A stretch of 64,000 nt of DNA from Shigella phage SP21535. The position numbers and the translations under genes are program-made. The stretch lies in sequence record PQ615101, one strand, 5' to 3'. The notes under the pieces are model-generated. The model did not search any database, had not been told where the DNA came from, and worked only from the letters and a program-made list of their open reading frames with translations. Positions 39,050-49,538 of this stretch are shown here, in pieces (position 1 is the first letter of the stretch; each line of letters opens with the position of its first letter).

Positions 39050-39592
39050 ATGAAATTTAATTATAATCCTGAATACACTCCAAATCCGGTAGCTAAACTG
39101 ATTGATTTTGATGTTGTAAGCACTTATGTATGCCCTGTTAAACCGCTGGAAATTAAGGAACCTACTATGACTACCGCTATTGAAATCGGCAAAACTTACA
39201 AACTGGTTGAACCTAAAATTAAAACTAATGCCTTGATTTCCGGCCATAAAACTCTGACTGTTGTTTTTGGCGAAGGCGAATTTATTGTTGAAGACTTTGA
39301 AAAAAGTAAATGGTTTACTAAATCTTATATTGTCCACGGTCGTCGTTTAGACAATAACAAAATAGAGAAAATCCTGGTTTATGAAGAAGAGTTCATCCTG
39401 TTCCAAGAAGTTGAAGAACAAGACCCTACTGACCTTCTAACTCGTGCTGTAGCTATTAAGACCCCATTTGTTTCGGTCTGTGGTTGGGTAACAGACCAGT
39501 GGATTGAAGATGGCGTTGAACTTCTGAATGTTGTTCATGCAGGTGATTTTAGTGTAGTACCTCGTAGTGCAGTGGTAGCTATTTTGAATTAA
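39050..39592 (+). CDS. Hypothetical protein (180 aa); C-terminal domain paralogous to the next ORF
   Basis: ORF track; C-terminal ...WVTDQWIEDGVELLNVV... resembles ...YITDQWVEDGVKLYNAV... in 39669..40166. Confidence 0.5.
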   Translation: MKFNYNPEYTPNPVAKLIDFDVVSTYVCPVKPLEIKEPTMTTAIEIGKTYKLVEPKIKTNALISGHKTLTVVFGEGEFIVEDFEKSKWFTKSYIVHGRRLDNNKIEKILVYEEEFILFQEVEEQDPTDLLTRAVAIKTPFVSVCGWVTDQWIEDGVELLNVVHAGDFSVVPRSAVVAILN

Positions 39593-39594
39593 TA

Positions 39595-39624
39595 GTTTAC
39601 AAACTCTTGGGACCAGAGTATAAT
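39595..39624 (+). promoter_or_regulatory. T4 early-type promoter (GTTTAC, 18-nt spacer, TATAAT)
   Basis: -35 at 39595-39600; -10 at 39619-39624. Confidence 0.5.
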
Positions 39625-39668
39625 GGTCCTGTGGAGTATAAAATCTTTTTAACAAGTGAGAGATAACT

Positions 39669-40166
39669 ATGATTATTAATATTGGTGAAATTGCTCGTGT
39701 ATCTGATAAATCCCGTTCTAAAGCAGCAGGAAAATTGGTCGAAATTGTAAGCATTCAGCTTAAACATGGTGTTAAAGATGAAGATTCTGAAGTAAAAGTG
39801 CGTATCATTCCTAAAGATGGAAAGTCTAAACCTCAGTTTGGCTATGTTCGTGCGAAATTTCTTGAATCTGCGTTTTTGAAAGCTGTTCCCGCTAAAGGAA
39901 TTGAAACGATTGATACTTCGCATGTAGGTGTAGACTTTAAGTGGAAACTCGGTCAAGCTATTAAGTTCATTGCTCCTTATGAATTCGAATTTACCGAAGA
40001 TGAGGAAGGGATTGTTCAAAAACATCGTACTCGTGCTATGTGTGCATACATTACCGATCAATGGGTAGAAGATGGCGTTAAGTTGTACAACGCGGTATTT
40101 TTAGGAACATACAAAGTCATTCCTGAAAGCTGGATTAAACACTATAGCAAAGCTCGCTGTGCATAA
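39669..40166 (+). CDS. Hypothetical protein (165 aa); paralog of the upstream ORF C-terminal domain
   Basis: ORF track. Confidence 0.5.
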   Translation: MIINIGEIARVSDKSRSKAAGKLVEIVSIQLKHGVKDEDSEVKVRIIPKDGKSKPQFGYVRAKFLESAFLKAVPAKGIETIDTSHVGVDFKWKLGQAIKFIAPYEFEFTEDEEGIVQKHRTRAMCAYITDQWVEDGVKLYNAVFLGTYKVIPESWIKHYSKARCA

Positions 40167-40214
40167 AGTTTAAAATTTTTTCATAAAACTATATACATCA
40201 GTAGTTGATTATGG

Positions 40215-40299
40215 TACTATATCAATATCAACTACTGATACAGAAAACAACTTGGAGAATAAAATGGATAATTCGTTAAAGGTGCTGATACTCTTCTGA
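40215..40299 (+). promoter_or_regulatory. Early promoter -10 plus conserved leader cassette with an 11-codon mini-ORF (40264-40299)
   Basis: TGGTACTAT...CAACTACTGATACAG...TTGGAGAATAAAATG, nearly identical to the 19397-19442 leader; mini-ORF MDNSLKVLILF. Confidence 0.4.
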
Positions 40300-40338
40300 A
40301 ACGCATCGCTCCAATGTTCAATTAATGAGGAAATTGTA

Positions 40339-40554
40339 ATGAAACGTAAAATTGTTCAGAATTGCACTAATGATGAATTTGAAGATGTATTATTTGATCC
40401 AAATTTGGTAGTAGTTCAAAAGGAACATACTAGCAAGTTTACTCACTTGACTTCTGTTTATGTGTATGAGAAAGTCGGTGATAAACAACCAATTTATGGC
40501 GTATTTCGTGAAATCACTGAAGACGGTACAACTTACTGGAAGGAAATTTATTAA
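40339..40554 (+). CDS. Hypothetical protein (71 aa; cef-like position)
   Basis: ORF track; RBS GAGGAAA. Confidence 0.45.
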   Translation: MKRKIVQNCTNDEFEDVLFDPNLVVVQKEHTSKFTHLTSVYVYEKVGDKQPIYGVFREITEDGTTYWKEIY

Positions 40555-40979
40555 TGGCTATTAAATTTGAAGTTAATAAATGGTATCAATTTAAAAATAA
40601 ACAAGCTCAAGAAAAATTTATTAAATATCATACTGAAAACGGAATTTATGCACGACGTTTAGGTATGGAACCTTTTAGAGTTACAGATATTGACTATCTT
40701 GGTCGTCCTACTAAACTTGTGACATCTAGTGGAAAATTGGCGTTATCTTCTGGTAAAGATATTTTGGATGAAGATTTTATCTGGCTTTCAGCGAGCGAAG
40801 CTGAATTCTTTGATGAAGTTGAAAATCCATACCAGGCAGCTGAAGAGCAAGAGCAGGAAGAGAAAGAGCAAGAACAAATAGAAGATTTCACAGAATTCCC
40901 GGTAATGAAAGTTACTATTGAAAATAATGAACAAGCATGGTCCTTGTATCAGATGTTGAAAGCTCACTTTAAGGAATAA
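40554..40979 (+). CDS. Hypothetical protein (141 aa; goF-like position and size)
   Basis: ORF track; acidic C-terminal tract. Confidence 0.45.
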   Translation: MAIKFEVNKWYQFKNKQAQEKFIKYHTENGIYARRLGMEPFRVTDIDYLGRPTKLVTSSGKLALSSGKDILDEDFIWLSASEAEFFDEVENPYQAAEEQEQEEKEQEQIEDFTEFPVMKVTIENNEQAWSLYQMLKAHFKE

Positions 40980-40981
40980 TT

Positions 40982-41158
40982 ATGCCGCTTTATGATTATA
41001 AATGTCAATCCAAAGACTGTGCAAAAGAATACGAAAAAATCAAGAAAATTTCTGAAAGGGATACTGATGTATGTCCTGATTGTCATCGGATTGCTATTCG
41101 GTTAGTTTCCGCTCCTAAGCATGTGAATGGTGGATTTTACGACTTGCTTAAAGGGTAA
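40982..41158 (+). CDS. Small zinc-ribbon protein (58 aa; CxxxxC...CxxC)
   Basis: Hand-translated MPLYDYKCQSKDCAKEYEKIKKISERDTDVCPDCHRIAIR... Confidence 0.45.
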   Translation: MPLYDYKCQSKDCAKEYEKIKKISERDTDVCPDCHRIAIRLVSAPKHVNGGFYDLLKG

Positions 41159-41160
41159 TT

Positions 41161-41421
41161 ATGAAATATATTAATCGTTCTATTGCAGCATTAGTATTAG
41201 CAGTGTCTTTAGTAGGATGTACTGATGCTGATAATGCAACTAAAGTTTTGTCTTCAAGTGGTTTTACTAATATTGAAATCACTGGATATAATTGGTTCGG
41301 TTGCTCTGAAAATGATTTCCAGCATACTGGATTTCGTGCTATTGGACCTACTGGGCAGAAAGTAGAAGGAACAGTATGTTCTGGACTATTCTTCAAGGAT
41401 TCGACTATTCGTTTTAAATAA
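41161..41421 (+). CDS. Predicted lipoprotein (86 aa; lipobox LVGC)
   Basis: ORF track; signal peptide MKYINRSIAALVLAVSLVGC. Confidence 0.55.
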   Translation: MKYINRSIAALVLAVSLVGCTDADNATKVLSSSGFTNIEITGYNWFGCSENDFQHTGFRAIGPTGQKVEGTVCSGLFFKDSTIRFK

Positions 41422-41440
41422 AAGGCCTTCGGGCCTTTAG
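41422..41440 (+). terminator. Intrinsic terminator candidate (AAGGCC-UUCG-GGCCUU)
   Basis: Stem-loop after the lipoprotein gene; short T-tract. Confidence 0.5.
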
Positions 41441-41490
41441 CTTTATGATTATTGGAGTATAATATTCCCGAAACCAAACGAGGATAAGTG

Positions 41491-43308
41491 ATGATTAAGA
41501 ATGAAATTAAAATTCTGAGCGATATTGAACATATCAAAAAGCGTAGCGGCATGTACATTGGCTCTTCAGCTAATGAAATGCATGAGCGCTTTCTGTTTGG
41601 TAAATGGGAAAGTGTTCAGTATGTACCTGGTCTTGTTAAGCTTATTGATGAAATTATCGATAACTCAGTAGATGAAGGTATTCGTACTAAGTTTAAATTC
41701 GCAAATAAAATTAATGTTACTATTAAAAACAATCAAGTAACAGTTGAAGATAACGGTCGCGGTATTCCACAGGCGATGGTTAAAACACCTACCGGTGAAG
41801 AAATTCCTGGTCCTGTTGCTGCATGGACTATTCCAAAAGCAGGTGGTAACTTCGGTGATGATAAAGAACGCGTCACTGGCGGTATGAATGGTGTTGGTTC
41901 TAGTTTGACAAACATTTTTTCTGTGATGTTTGTCGGTGAAACTGGTGATGGTCAAAATAATATTGTAGTTCGTTGTTCAAATGGCATGGAAAATAAATCA
42001 TGGGAAGATATTCCTGGAAAATGGAAAGGAACCCGTGTTACTTTCATTCCTGATTTTATGTCATTTGAAACTAATGAGTTGTCCCAAGTTTATCTTGACA
42101 TTACACTAGATCGTCTCCAGACACTTGCTGTTGTTTATCCTGATATTCAATTTACCTTTAATGGTAAAAAGGTTCAGGGCAATTTTAAGAAATATGCACG
42201 ACAGTATGATGAACATGCTATCGTTCAAGAACAAGAAAATTGTTCTATTGCGGTTGGTCGTTCACCGGATGGATTTCGTCAATTAACATACGTCAATAAC
42301 ATTCATACTAAGAATGGTGGTCATCACATTGACTGTGTTATGGATGATATTTGTGAAGACCTTATTCCGCAAATCAAACGTAAATTCAAAATTGATGTAA
42401 CTAAAGCACGTGTTAAAGAATGTTTGACTATCGTTATGTTTGTTCGTGATATGAAAAACATGCGGTTTGATTCTCAGACTAAAGAGCGTTTAACTTCTCC
42501 TTTTGGTGAAATTCGTAGTCATATTCAGCTTGATGCTAAAAAGATTTCACGCGCTATTCTAAATAATGAAGCAATTCTAATGCCGATTATCGAAGCTGCT
42601 TTGGCTCGTAAATTGGCGGCAGAAAAAGCAGCAGAAACTAAAGCAGCTAAAAAGGCTTCTAAAGCTAAGGTTCATAAACATATCAAAGCGAATCTTTGTG
42701 GTAAAGATGCTGACACTACTCTTTTCTTGACTGAGGGCGATTCTGCTATCGGATATCTTATTGATGTTCGTGATAAAGAACTTCATGGTGGTTATCCATT
42801 GCGTGGTAAAGTTCTCAACAGTTGGGGTATGTCATATGCCGATATGCTTAAAAACAAAGAACTGTTTGATATTTGCGCAATCACTGGATTAGTTCTTGGC
42901 GAAAAGGCAGAGAATACGAACTATCGTAATATTGCAATTATGACTGACGCAGATCACGACGGTCTTGGAAGTATCTATCCGGCTTTGCTTGCTTTCTTTA
43001 GTAATTGGCCTGAATTGTTTGAACAAGGACGTATTCGCTTTGTCAAAACTCCTGTAATCATCGCTCAGGTCGGTAAAAAACAAGAATGGTTTTATACAGT
43101 CGCTGAATATGAGAGTGCCAAAGATACACTGCCTAAGCATAGTATTCGATACATCAAGGGATTGGGCTCACTTCAGCGGGATGAATATAAAGAAATGATT
43201 CAAAACCCTGTGTACGACGTAGTTAAACTTCCTGAGAACTGGAAAGAGCTTTTTGAAATGCTCATGGGAGATAATGCTGACCTTCGCAAAGAATGGATGA
43301 GCCAATAG
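41491..43308 (+). CDS. 39: DNA topoisomerase II large subunit gp39, uninterrupted (605 aa)
   Basis: ORF track 41488..43308; ATG at 41491; GHKL ATPase N-terminus; covers what T4 splits into genes 39 and 60. Confidence 0.9.
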   Translation: MIKNEIKILSDIEHIKKRSGMYIGSSANEMHERFLFGKWESVQYVPGLVKLIDEIIDNSVDEGIRTKFKFANKINVTIKNNQVTVEDNGRGIPQAMVKTPTGEEIPGPVAAWTIPKAGGNFGDDKERVTGGMNGVGSSLTNIFSVMFVGETGDGQNNIVVRCSNGMENKSWEDIPGKWKGTRVTFIPDFMSFETNELSQVYLDITLDRLQTLAVVYPDIQFTFNGKKVQGNFKKYARQYDEHAIVQEQENCSIAVGRSPDGFRQLTYVNNIHTKNGGHHIDCVMDDICEDLIPQIKRKFKIDVTKARVKECLTIVMFVRDMKNMRFDSQTKERLTSPFGEIRSHIQLDAKKISRAILNNEAILMPIIEAALARKLAAEKAAETKAAKKASKAKVHKHIKANLCGKDADTTLFLTEGDSAIGYLIDVRDKELHGGYPLRGKVLNSWGMSYADMLKNKELFDICAITGLVLGEKAENTNYRNIAIMTDADHDGLGSIYPALLAFFSNWPELFEQGRIRFVKTPVIIAQVGKKQEWFYTVAEYESAKDTLPKHSIRYIKGLGSLQRDEYKEMIQNPVYDVVKLPENWKELFEMLMGDNADLRKEWMSQ

Positions 43309-43337
43309 TTTACTTTACCACAAGGATGTGGTATAAT
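43308..43337 (+). promoter_or_regulatory. T4 early-type promoter (GTTTAC, 18-nt spacer, TGTGGTATAAT)
   Basis: -35 at 43308-43313; -10 TATAAT at 43332-43337. Confidence 0.55.
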
Positions 43338-43362
43338 TAATTGGGCAAATGAGGATATTGAA

Positions 43363-43566
43363 ATGAAATCATATAAAGTAAATTTAGAACTTTTTGATAA
43401 AGCAGTTCATCGAGAATATAGAATCATTCAACGCTTTTTCGATATGGGAGAAGCCGAAGAATTTAAAAACCGCTTTAAAGATATTAGAGATAAAATTCAA
43501 TCCGACACCGCAACTAAAGACGAACTACTAGAAGTTGCTGAAGTTATTAAGCGTAATATGAATTAA
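43363..43566 (+). CDS. Hypothetical protein (67 aa)
   Basis: ORF track. Confidence 0.5.
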   Translation: MKSYKVNLELFDKAVHREYRIIQRFFDMGEAEEFKNRFKDIRDKIQSDTATKDELLEVAEVIKRNMN

Positions 43567-43576
43567 TGAGGAAATT

Positions 43577-45754
43577 ATGATTATCACCACTGAAAAAGAA
43601 ACAATTCTTGGTAATGGTTCTAAATCAAAAGCATTTAGCATCACAGCATCTCCTAAAGTATTTAAAATTCTGTCATCTGATTTGTATACAAACAAGATTC
43701 GCGCAGTAGTCCGTGAATTGATTACTAACATGATTGATGCCCATGCTCTTAATGGAAATCCTGAAAAATTTATCATTCAAGTTCCTGGACGTTTAGATCC
43801 ACGATTTGTTTGCCGAGATTTTGGTCCGGGTATGAGTGATTTTGATATTCAGGGTGATGATAATTCTCCTGGTTTGTATAATTCATACTTCAGTTCATCT
43901 AAGGCTGAATCTAACGATTTCATTGGTGGATTTGGTTTAGGTTCTAAATCTCCGTTTAGTTATACTGATACATTTAGTATTACTTCATATCATAAAGGCG
44001 AAATTCGTGGTTATGTAGCTTACATGGATGGTGATGGCCCACAGATTAAACCTACATTCGTAAAAGAAATGGGTCCAGATGATAAAACTGGTATTGAAAT
44101 CGTAGTTCCAGTTGAAGAAAAAGACTTTAGAAACTTTGCTTATGAAGTTTCTTATATCATGCGACCATTTAAAGATTTGGCTATCATTAATGGTCTTGAC
44201 CGCGAAATTGATTATTTTCCGGATTTTGATGACTATTACGGTGTAAATCCAGAAAGATACTGGCCTGATCGCGGTGGATTATATGCTATCTACGGTGGTA
44301 TTGTTTATCCTATTGATGGTGTTATTAGAGACCGTAACTGGTTAAGCGTCCGTAATGAAGTGAATTACATTAAGTTTCCAATGGGTTCACTTGATATTGC
44401 TCCATCGCGTGAGGCTCTTTCACTGGATGATCGTACTCGTAAAAATATTATTGAGCGCGTTAAAGAGCTTAGTGAGAAGGCATTTAATGAAGATGTAAAA
44501 CGATTTAAAGAATCTACATCTCCTCGTCATACATACCGTGAATTGATGAAGATGGGATATTCTGCTCGAGATTATATGATTAGTAATTCGGTCAAATTCA
44601 CGACTAAAAATCTGTCATATAAGAAGATGCAAAGCATGTTTGAACCTGACAGTAAGTTATGCAATGCAGGGGTTGTGTATGAAGTAAATCTTGACCCTCG
44701 ACTGAAACGCATTAAGCAAAGCCATGAAACTTCAGCCATTGCATCAAGTTATCGTCTGTTTGGCATTAATACAACAAAAATTAATATCGTTATTGATAAT
44801 ATTAAAAATCGTGTTAATATTGTCCGTGGATTAGCACATGCGTTAGATGATAGTGAATTTAATAACACTTTGAATATTCATCATAATGAGCGTCTTCTGT
44901 TTATTAATCCGGAAGTAGAATCGCAGATTGATTTACTCCCTGATATTATGGCAATGTTTGAAAGTGATGAAGTTAACATTCATTATTTGTCAGAAATTGA
45001 AGCTTTAGTTAAAAGTTATATTCCGAAGGCAGTTAAAAGTAAAGCTTCTCGTCCTAAAGCTGCTACTGCGTTTAAGTTTGAAATTAAAGACGGGCGCTGG
45101 GAAAAAGAGGAATTATTTACGCTCACATCAGAAGCAGATGAAATTACTGGTTATGTAGCGTATATGCATCGTTCTGATATTTTCTCTATGGATGGTACTA
45201 CATCTCTCTGTCATCCATCTATGAATATTTTGATTCGTATGGCTAATCTTATTGGCATTAATGAATTTTATGTTATTCGTCCGCTTTTACAGAAAAAGGT
45301 AAAAGAACTCGGTCAGTGCCAATGTATTTTTGAAGCTTTGCGTGATTTATATGTAGATGCTTTTGATGATGTAGATTATGATAAGTATGTAGGTTATTCA
45401 AGTTCAGCTAAACGATATATTGATAAAATTATCAAGTATCCTGAGTTAGATTTTATGATGAAGTACTTCAGTGTAGATGAAGTTTCTGAAGAATATACAC
45501 GACTTGCTAATATGGTTAGTTCATTACAGGGTGTATATTTTAATGGTGGAAGAGATACCATCGGTCATGACATCTGGACAGTAACTAATCTTTTTGATGT
45601 ATTATCAAATAATGCTTCAAAAAACAGTGATAAAATGGTTGCTGAGTTTACCAAGAAATTCCGTATTGTTTCCGACTTCATCGGATATCGCAACTCTTTA
45701 AGTGATGATGAAGTTTCTCAAATCGCTAAAACTATGAAGGCCCTTGCGGCCTAA
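43577..45754 (+). CDS. rIIA: rIIA membrane-associated protein
   Basis: ORF track, 725 aa (the T4 length); recognised sequence. Confidence 0.9.
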   Translation: MIITTEKETILGNGSKSKAFSITASPKVFKILSSDLYTNKIRAVVRELITNMIDAHALNGNPEKFIIQVPGRLDPRFVCRDFGPGMSDFDIQGDDNSPGLYNSYFSSSKAESNDFIGGFGLGSKSPFSYTDTFSITSYHKGEIRGYVAYMDGDGPQIKPTFVKEMGPDDKTGIEIVVPVEEKDFRNFAYEVSYIMRPFKDLAIINGLDREIDYFPDFDDYYGVNPERYWPDRGGLYAIYGGIVYPIDGVIRDRNWLSVRNEVNYIKFPMGSLDIAPSREALSLDDRTRKNIIERVKELSEKAFNEDVKRFKESTSPRHTYRELMKMGYSARDYMISNSVKFTTKNLSYKKMQSMFEPDSKLCNAGVVYEVNLDPRLKRIKQSHETSAIASSYRLFGINTTKINIVIDNIKNRVNIVRGLAHALDDSEFNNTLNIHHNERLLFINPEVESQIDLLPDIMAMFESDEVNIHYLSEIEALVKSYIPKAVKSKASRPKAATAFKFEIKDGRWEKEELFTLTSEADEITGYVAYMHRSDIFSMDGTTSLCHPSMNILIRMANLIGINEFYVIRPLLQKKVKELGQCQCIFEALRDLYVDAFDDVDYDKYVGYSSSAKRYIDKIIKYPELDFMMKYFSVDEVSEEYTRLANMVSSLQGVYFNGGRDTIGHDIWTVTNLFDVLSNNASKNSDKMVAEFTKKFRIVSDFIGYRNSLSDDEVSQIAKTMKALAA

Positions 45755-45765
45755 TAAGGAAAATT

Positions 45766-46704
45766 ATGTACAATATTAAATGCCTGACCAAAAACGAACA
45801 AGCTGAAATTGTTAAACTGTATTCAAGTGGTAATTACACTCAGCAGGAATTAGCTTATTGGAAGGATGTATCGGTTGACACAATCCGTCGTGTTTTGAAA
45901 AATGCTGAAGAAGCTAAACGCCCTAAAGTTACTATTAGCGGTGATATTACAGTTAAAGTTAGTAGCGATGCAGTTATTGCTCCGGTTGCTAAATCTGACA
46001 TTATTTGGAATGCATCTAAAAAATTCATTTCAATTACTGTTGACGGTGTAACTTATAACGCAACTCCTAATACTCATTCAAACTTCCAGGAAATTCTTAA
46101 TCTGCTTGTTGCAGATAAATTGGAAGAAGCGGCACAAAAAATTAATGTTCGTCGCGCCGTTGAAAAATATATTTCTGGTGATGTTCGAATTGAAGGTGGA
46201 AGCCTGTTCTATCAAAATATTGAATTGCGGTCTGGTTTAGTTGATCGTATTCTCGATTCGATGGAAAAAGGTGAAAACTTTGAATTTTATTTTCCGTTCC
46301 TGGAAAATCTGTTGGAAAACCCAAGCCAAAAAGCAGTATCTCGACTCTTTGATTTCTTGGTAGCAAACGATATTGAAATCACCGAAGATGGTTACTTCTA
46401 TGCTTGGAAAGTAGTTCGTGACAACTACTTTGACTGTCACTCAAACACCTTTGATAACAGTCCGGGTAAAGTAGTTAAAATGCCACGTACTCGTGTGAAT
46501 GACGATGATACACAAACTTGTTCTCATGGTCTGCACGTGTGTTCTAAATCTTATATTCGTCACTTTGGCAGTTCAACCAGCCGAGTTGTAAAAGTTAAAG
46601 TACATCCGCGTGATGTAGTATCAATTCCGATTGATTACAACGATGCTAAAATGCGTACCTGCCAATACGAAGTAGTTGAAGACGTTACTGAACAATTCAA
46701 ATAA
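45766..46704 (+). CDS. rIIB: rIIB protein
   Basis: ORF track, 312 aa (the T4 length). Confidence 0.9.
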   Translation: MYNIKCLTKNEQAEIVKLYSSGNYTQQELAYWKDVSVDTIRRVLKNAEEAKRPKVTISGDITVKVSSDAVIAPVAKSDIIWNASKKFISITVDGVTYNATPNTHSNFQEILNLLVADKLEEAAQKINVRRAVEKYISGDVRIEGGSLFYQNIELRSGLVDRILDSMEKGENFEFYFPFLENLLENPSQKAVSRLFDFLVANDIEITEDGYFYAWKVVRDNYFDCHSNTFDNSPGKVVKMPRTRVNDDDTQTCSHGLHVCSKSYIRHFGSSTSRVVKVKVHPRDVVSIPIDYNDAKMRTCQYEVVEDVTEQFK

Positions 46705-46720
46705 GGGCTTCGGCCCTTAT
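46703..46720 (+). terminator. Stem-loop GGGC-UUCG-GCCC after rIIB (weak T-tract)
   Basis: GGGCTTCGGCCC. Confidence 0.45.
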
Positions 46721-46736
46721 CACATTAAGGAAAATT

Positions 46737-46931
46737 ATGTTAGGTTATCAAGCACGAGTAAAAGAAGAATACGATCAATTAATGCTCAAAATTAATGCAC
46801 TGAGCAAATTTTTAGAAAGTGAAAAGTTTTCAACGGTTAATGCAGTTGAGCAAGAACTGTTGCTTTCGCAGTTTATCTCAATGAAATCTTATGCAGATTG
46901 TTTAGAGAAAAGAATTGCACAATTCAAATAA
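46737..46931 (+). CDS. Hypothetical protein (64 aa)
   Basis: ORF track. Confidence 0.5.
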   Translation: MLGYQARVKEEYDQLMLKINALSKFLESEKFSTVNAVEQELLLSQFISMKSYADCLEKRIAQFK

Positions 46932-46934
46932 AAT

Positions 46935-46958
46935 AAAGGGCTTCGGCCCTTTTGTTTT
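46935..46958 (+). terminator. Intrinsic terminator (AAAGGGC-UUCG-GCCCUUU plus T-tract)
   Basis: 7-bp stem and TTTTGTTTT. Confidence 0.65.
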
Positions 46959-47017
46959 AAGAGAAACTATGATTTATTATATGAATATCAGTGATTCCGA
47001 CGTGAAAGGAAAGTTTA

Positions 47018-47575
47018 ATGCAGAAAACGAATCCGGGTTTACAGAGACTATTTCAGATTCCGACATTTACCCTATCGAACAGTGACTTGACTAGTGAAAT
47101 GAAGGTCAAAATTGCTGATACAGCAAGATACTCTTTAAAACAAAATCCTAATCAGGATAAAGCAGAAGTCATCGAAAGATGCCGTATCGCTGTGTATGCA
47201 GAGTTTTTTGTAGCAGATTGGCTGAGCGGGTATGTTAACAAAGGCCAAGAGGATGTTAATGATCCGTATACATACGCATGGGATGTATTGGCGCATCCAA
47301 GATATTGCGGGCTTCGTGTAGAAGTTAAGACACATCAAACTGACTCACGTTGGATTTCGGTAACAACCGGATGCAGCGGAGAGTATCCATATGGTTCTGG
47401 AATAAATCTAGGGCCCATTCTAAATCATCAAGTCGCTGACTGTATAATTATATTCAACACTAAAGAAATTCATCCAGGTGTCATCCAGTACACTTCGAAG
47501 TTCATCGGTGACAGAGAAGACCTTCGTAAGGTTGTAAGAAAAAGCAACTACAACGGATGGTATCTTTCCATTTAA
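47018..47575 (+). CDS. denB: Endonuclease IV-like protein DenB
   Basis: ORF track, 185 aa; position next to rIIB; size as T4 DenB. Confidence 0.65.
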   Translation: MQKTNPGLQRLFQIPTFTLSNSDLTSEMKVKIADTARYSLKQNPNQDKAEVIERCRIAVYAEFFVADWLSGYVNKGQEDVNDPYTYAWDVLAHPRYCGLRVEVKTHQTDSRWISVTTGCSGEYPYGSGINLGPILNHQVADCIIIFNTKEIHPGVIQYTSKFIGDREDLRKVVRKSNYNGWYLSI

Positions 47576-47591
47576 AAAAAATCACAAAACA

Positions 47592-47621
47592 GTTTACATA
47601 CCACAAGGACTGTGGTACTAT
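47592..47621 (+). promoter_or_regulatory. T4 early-type promoter (GTTTAC, 18-nt spacer, TGGTACTAT) with conserved leader
   Basis: -35 at 47592-47597; -10 at 47616-47621. Confidence 0.55.
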
Positions 47622-47648
47622 ACAACTATCAGCTACGGAGGAGTAAAA

Positions 47649-47912
47649 ATGAAATTTAAATTTTATTACGCTAAACATAAAATTACCGGTGAATTTATTG
47701 CATTTACGACTTCAACTACAGGTGAAGGAGATATTTTTACTGCAGTATTTTTATCAAAATGGGAATCAGATCAACCTTACTTATCATCACGTGAAGATCT
47801 CCAACGATTAGTTAATGGAGAATATAATGATTCATGGTCATATTTAGTCCATGATTGTGTTAAAAAGGCAATAAAACAAAAACACCTGGAAATCGTTGAG
47901 ATTGAACTATGA
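47649..47912 (+). CDS. Hypothetical protein (87 aa)
   Basis: ORF track. Confidence 0.5.
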   Translation: MKFKFYYAKHKITGEFIAFTTSTTGEGDIFTAVFLSKWESDQPYLSSREDLQRLVNGEYNDSWSYLVHDCVKKAIKQKHLEIVEIEL

Positions 47913-48097
47913 GTTCACTGTGGTGGTGTTTTGTTTGGTTAATTAGTATTCCAGTAATTTGTTTAACATTTACTTTTGTGATGAGGTTATTATGAAAATT
48001 TTGAATTCTGTACTTATTGCTTGTGCGTGGTGGGTTGTGCAAGTTTCAGCGGTAGTAGTTGGTATTCACATTTATTACGAATATTTTTAAAAAAGTT

Positions 48098-48127
48098 GTT
48101 TACAAGACTGTTCTTCCGTGGTACTAT
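48098..48127 (+). promoter_or_regulatory. T4 early-type promoter (GTTTAC, 18-nt spacer, TGGTACTAT) with conserved leader
   Basis: -35 at 48098-48103; -10 at 48122-48127. Confidence 0.55.
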
Positions 48128-48155
48128 TACCCTATCAACTACGGAGGAACAGAAA

Positions 48156-48269
48156 ATGAAAAAGATTGTTAAAGCTATATGGAATGTAGTTATAATACTA
48201 ATAGTTTTGAGTATATTCCCAATCGTTTTAATGATTGATGTATTAAACGTTTACTTTGGATTTATGTGA
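48156..48269 (+). CDS. Small hydrophobic protein (37 aa)
   Basis: ATG at 48156 after GGAGGAA; MKKIVKAIWNVVIILIVLSIFPIVLMIDVLNVYFGFM. Confidence 0.35.
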   Translation: MKKIVKAIWNVVIILIVLSIFPIVLMIDVLNVYFGFM

Positions 48270-48276
48270 GGAAAAT

Positions 48277-48474
48277 ATGAAGCGTAAACGCAGTGCTTTT
48301 ACATTTATTGAATGGTTTTTCGATAATATTTTTCCGGCTTTATTCATTTTCATGCTGATTTTTGCCTTAGGTTCAGTTGTAGTTGGAATCTATTTGATGA
48401 CAGTAGTCGGAATTGATATTCATCAAAATGGTTTAAAATCTGTGGTTGAAACAATTTGGAATGGTGTAAAATAA
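48277..48474 (+). CDS. Small membrane protein (65 aa)
   Basis: ORF track 48256..48474; ATG at 48277 after GAGGAAAA. Confidence 0.45.
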   Translation: MKRKRSAFTFIEWFFDNIFPALFIFMLIFALGSVVVGIYLMTVVGIDIHQNGLKSVVETIWNGVK

Positions 48475-48577
48475 GCATTTGGTTTTATATTCTTATGTTT
48501 TACATTGGTGCAAATTTTCCATATTGGATGGGATGGTCAACAACTGCATTTGGATTTTATACTCCTTGAGGTGAATT

Positions 48578-48793
48578 ATGAAAAGTTTTAAAGATGTAAA
48601 AGTTGGTGAAATTTTTTGTTTAGATAACGGTGATCAGTTAATTCGTATTTCACCTCTTAAGAGCACTAGCGAGAAACCGACAGTTAACGCTACTTTAGCA
48701 AATAACAGTAATGAACGTTTCTGTATTGAAAATGATACTGAAACTTATACCGTAGAAGAGTTCTGGGAATTGAGCGTCGACTGCGACGATTAA
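48578..48793 (+). CDS. Hypothetical protein (71 aa)
   Basis: ORF track. Confidence 0.45.
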   Translation: MKSFKDVKVGEIFCLDNGDQLIRISPLKSTSEKPTVNATLANNSNERFCIENDTETYTVEEFWELSVDCDD

Positions 48794-48853
48794 TTTAATG
48801 GCCGTGTGTATTCATGCGGTCTTGGAGTAGAAAATAATTTAGAGGAAATTAAT

Positions 48854-49312
48854 ATGAAATATATGACTGTTACTGATCTGAACAATGCAGGCGCTACTGT
48901 TATTGGTACAATCAAGGGTGGTGAATGGTTTTTAGGAACTCCGCATAAAGATATTTTATCTAAACCTGGATTTTACTTTTTAGTAAGTAAATTAGATGGT
49001 CGTCCATTTAGTAATCCATGTGTGTCTGCACGATTTTATGTAGGTAATCAGCGTTCTAAGCAAGGATTCAGTGCAGTTCTAAGTCATATTCGTCAACGTC
49101 GGTCTCAGCTTGCACGTACTATTGCAAATAACAATGTTCCATACACAGTATTTTATCTGCCTGCTTCTAAGATGAAACCTCTGACGACGGGATTTGGAAA
49201 AGGACAGTTAGCTTTAGCGTTTACTCGTAATCATCATTCTGAGTATCAAACACTTGAAGAAATGAACCGTATGTTGGCTGATAACTTTAAATTCGTTTTG
49301 CAGGCATATTAA
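48854..49312 (+). CDS. ndd: Nucleoid disruption protein Ndd-like
   Basis: ORF track 48806..49312; ATG at 48854 after GAGGAAA gives 152 aa; position next to stp. Confidence 0.65.
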
Positions 49313-49392
49313 TGAGTAATTTCCACAACGAACACGTGATGCAGTTCTATCGTAACAATCTTAAAACCAAAGGCGTCTTCGGACGCCAGTGA
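49312..49392 (+). CDS. stp: Stp peptide (26 aa; in T4, activator of the host PrrC anticodon nuclease)
   Basis: Hand-translated [26 protein letters not shown]; ATG overlaps the ndd stop (TAATG). Confidence 0.7.
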
Positions 49393-49538
49393 GGAAACAA
49401 AATTATTAGGAGTTATTTCATTTATTTGTTGGATAGTAGCATGTGTTTTAATTATCTGTATCGATTCTAGCAGTGTGTTTTCGCAAGCTTTAGCTCAGGG
49501 TATGTGTGCATATTTAACATTTGTGTTGTTATCTACTA

